From assembly GCA_965217585.1 (NCBI GenBank), contig OZ244561.1, positions 704,001 to 768,000 of the forward strand: a stretch of DNA of 64,000 nucleotides, given 5' to 3'. How positions within the stretch are numbered: position 1 is the first letter of the stretch; each line of letters opens with the position of its first letter. The stretch is from Candidatus Latescibacterota bacterium (lineage in GTDB: Bacteria > Latescibacterota > UBA2968 > UBA8231). The notes below the pieces were generated by a model. It searched no databases, was not told the DNA's origin, and saw nothing but the letters and a program-made list of their open reading frames with translations. The position numbers and the translations under genes are program-made. Positions 62,513 to 64,000 of the stretch are shown here, piece after piece.

Positions 62513-64000
62513 TCAAGACCCAGTAACCGGCGCGACCTTGGCGGGTTCTTCCTCGATCAACCGCTCCCAAAGCCCCTGCACTCCCACCAGCAGACGCATA
62601 CCCACCGGGACGCCCAGCAAAATGATGAAGGTGGCAAAGAGGATGCCAAAGCCCAGGCTGACGGCCATTGGAATCAAAAACTGTGCCTGAAGGCTTTTTT
62701 CGAGGATCATCGGCAAGAGCCCAAAGAAGGTCGTCAGGGAGGTCAGCAGGATGGGGCGGAAGCGCGCGGCCCCGGCCGAGACTAGGGCTTCCTCGTGCGA
62801 CGAGCCCTCGCGCCGCATCTGGTTGTAGAAGGTCAGCAGCACCAGCGAATCGTTGACCACCACGCCCGAGAGCGCGACGATCCCAAAGAGGCTCAAAAGC
62901 GCCAAGTCCAAGCCCATGATAAGATGCCCCCAAACCGCGCCAATGATGCCGAAGGGAATCGCGCTCATGACGACGAGGGGCTGAGTGTACGATTTGAATG
63001 GCACGGCCAGCAGCACGTAGATGGCGGCAAGAGCGATGATAAAATTGAGGCGCAGGCTCTGTAGCGAATCATCCCGCTCCTTCTGCTCGCCGCCGAAGCT
63101 GTAACGCAGACCGGGATAGTCCTGGACCAGCATGGGCAGGAAAAACGATTCGAGATCGCGGTTGATTTCGTCGGCGTTGGCGACTTGGTCATCTACGGAG
63201 CCACTCACCCGCACGACGCGCTGACCATCGGTGCGCTGGATGGAAGCATAGGCGTGGCCGATGGTGACGGTGGCCACCTCGGCAAAGGGCACCTCGGCAC
63301 CCGCAGGCGTGCGCACGCGCATCGAGCGCACATCGCCTATGTTCCGGCGCTCGTCTTTGGGGTAGCGCACCATCACCCGCACGTCGTCCGAGCCGCGCTG
63401 GAAGCGCAGCGCTTGGTCGCCGTAGAAGCCCTGGCGCACTTGGCGAGCCAGATCGGCGAGCGTGAGGCCGAGGGTGCGGGCTTGGGGCTTGAGCTGGAGT
63501 TTCATCTCCAGCTTGCCCTCCTCAAAGCTGTCTTGGATATCGCCGGTGCCGGCGTACTCGGCGATTTTGCCCTTGAGGCGATCGACGGCCAACAAGAGCT
63601 GATCGAAGTTGGCCGAGGCTAGCTCGACTTCGATGGGATTGCCGGCGGAAAACAGCGAGGAAGAATAAATGATGGATTCGGGGCCGGGCACTTCGCCGAC
63701 CCGTTGGCGCAGCCGCGACTCGATCTCAGCGCTGTCGAGCTCGCGCTCCTCGGAAGGTTGTAGCTCGATGGTAACTTCGGCGAGATGCCCTTGGCCGCTG
63801 GCACCCGGGGTAGCCGAAAAGGAGGAACGCCGGGCCATAGGTTGGTCGCCGATATAGGTAAAGACATTGCGGTAGATTGAATCCCCGCCCTCGCGCTCGG
63901 CGTCGATCTGATCGCGCAAGACGAGGGCCTTTTCTTCGATGTGTCGCACGACTTTGGCGGTCTGGGTCGCCGTGGTGCCCTGGGGCATGTTGATTGATAT
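62513..64000 (-). CDS. RND efflux permease (AcrB/AcrD/AcrF family), 5'-partial
   Basis: GVVVNDSLVL and RFRPILLTSLTT motifs; the frame is open to the window edge. Confidence 0.92.
   Translation of the reverse strand: MSINMPQGTTATQTAKVVRHIEEKALVLRDQIDAEREGGDSIYRNVFTYIGDQPMARRSSFSATPGASGQGHLAEVTIELQPSEERELDSAEIESRLRQRVGEVPGPESIIYSSSLFSAGNPIEVELASANFDQLLLAVDRLKGKIAEYAGTGDIQDSFEEGKLEMKLQLKPQARTLGLTLADLARQVRQGFYGDQALRFQRGSDDVRVMVRYPKDERRNIGDVRSMRVRTPAGAEVPFAEVATVTIGHAYASIQRTDGQRVVRVSGSVDDQVANADEINRDLESFFLPMLVQDYPGLRYSFGGEQKERDDSLQSLRLNFIIALAAIYVLLAVPFKSYTQPLVVMSAIPFGIIGAVWGHLIMGLDLALLSLFGIVALSGVVVNDSLVLLTFYNQMRREGSSHEEALVSAGAARFRPILLTSLTTFFGLLPMILEKSLQAQFLIPMAVSLGFGILFATFIILLGVPVGMRLLVGVQGLWERLIEEEPAKVAPVTGS

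Overview
Bacterial DNA, probably Latescibacterota/Handelsmanbacteria-like (inferred from gene content, not verified). 1-2.3 kb holds an AT-rich, 5'-partial membrane-fused spermidine-synthase-like gene. 2.4-18.6 kb is a moderate-GC, same-strand cluster: four paralogous secreted proteins (discoidin-like + Ig-like + FlgD/CHU_C-like 'FTPNGDxxN' C-terminal domain; two of them are a recent mosaic duplicate), a secreted CBM9/DOMON-like protein with a 'SWGRIK' tail, a 904-aa probable outer-membrane barrel, a parvulin PPIase lipoprotein and a DUF6785-like inner-membrane protein. This cluster is the best candidate for an undescribed surface-assembly or uptake system. 18.7-30.8 kb is GC-rich catabolism and transport (two PhyH dioxygenases, one with a halogenase-like HxG motif, HpcH aldolase, DegT aminotransferase, MFS, TonB-dependent receptor, truncated dipeptidase and NupC). 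tRNA-Lys(CTT) is followed by core genes (efp, accB, accC, gcvH, scpA, scpB, rluB, cmk, rpsA, mutS). A 5-kb eroded toxin-antitoxin/defence islet (DUF2442/DUF4160, DUF2188 with XRE-ImmA, AbiE, gene relics) precedes rlmB, an LptD-like gene, dtd, maf, rodZ, priA and a PorZ-like gene. The window ends with an OB-fold-like + PIN pair, a CRTAC1-family gene and a partial RND permease. No CRISPR array, rRNA, transposase or integrase was seen. All family assignments come from motif recognition by eye.
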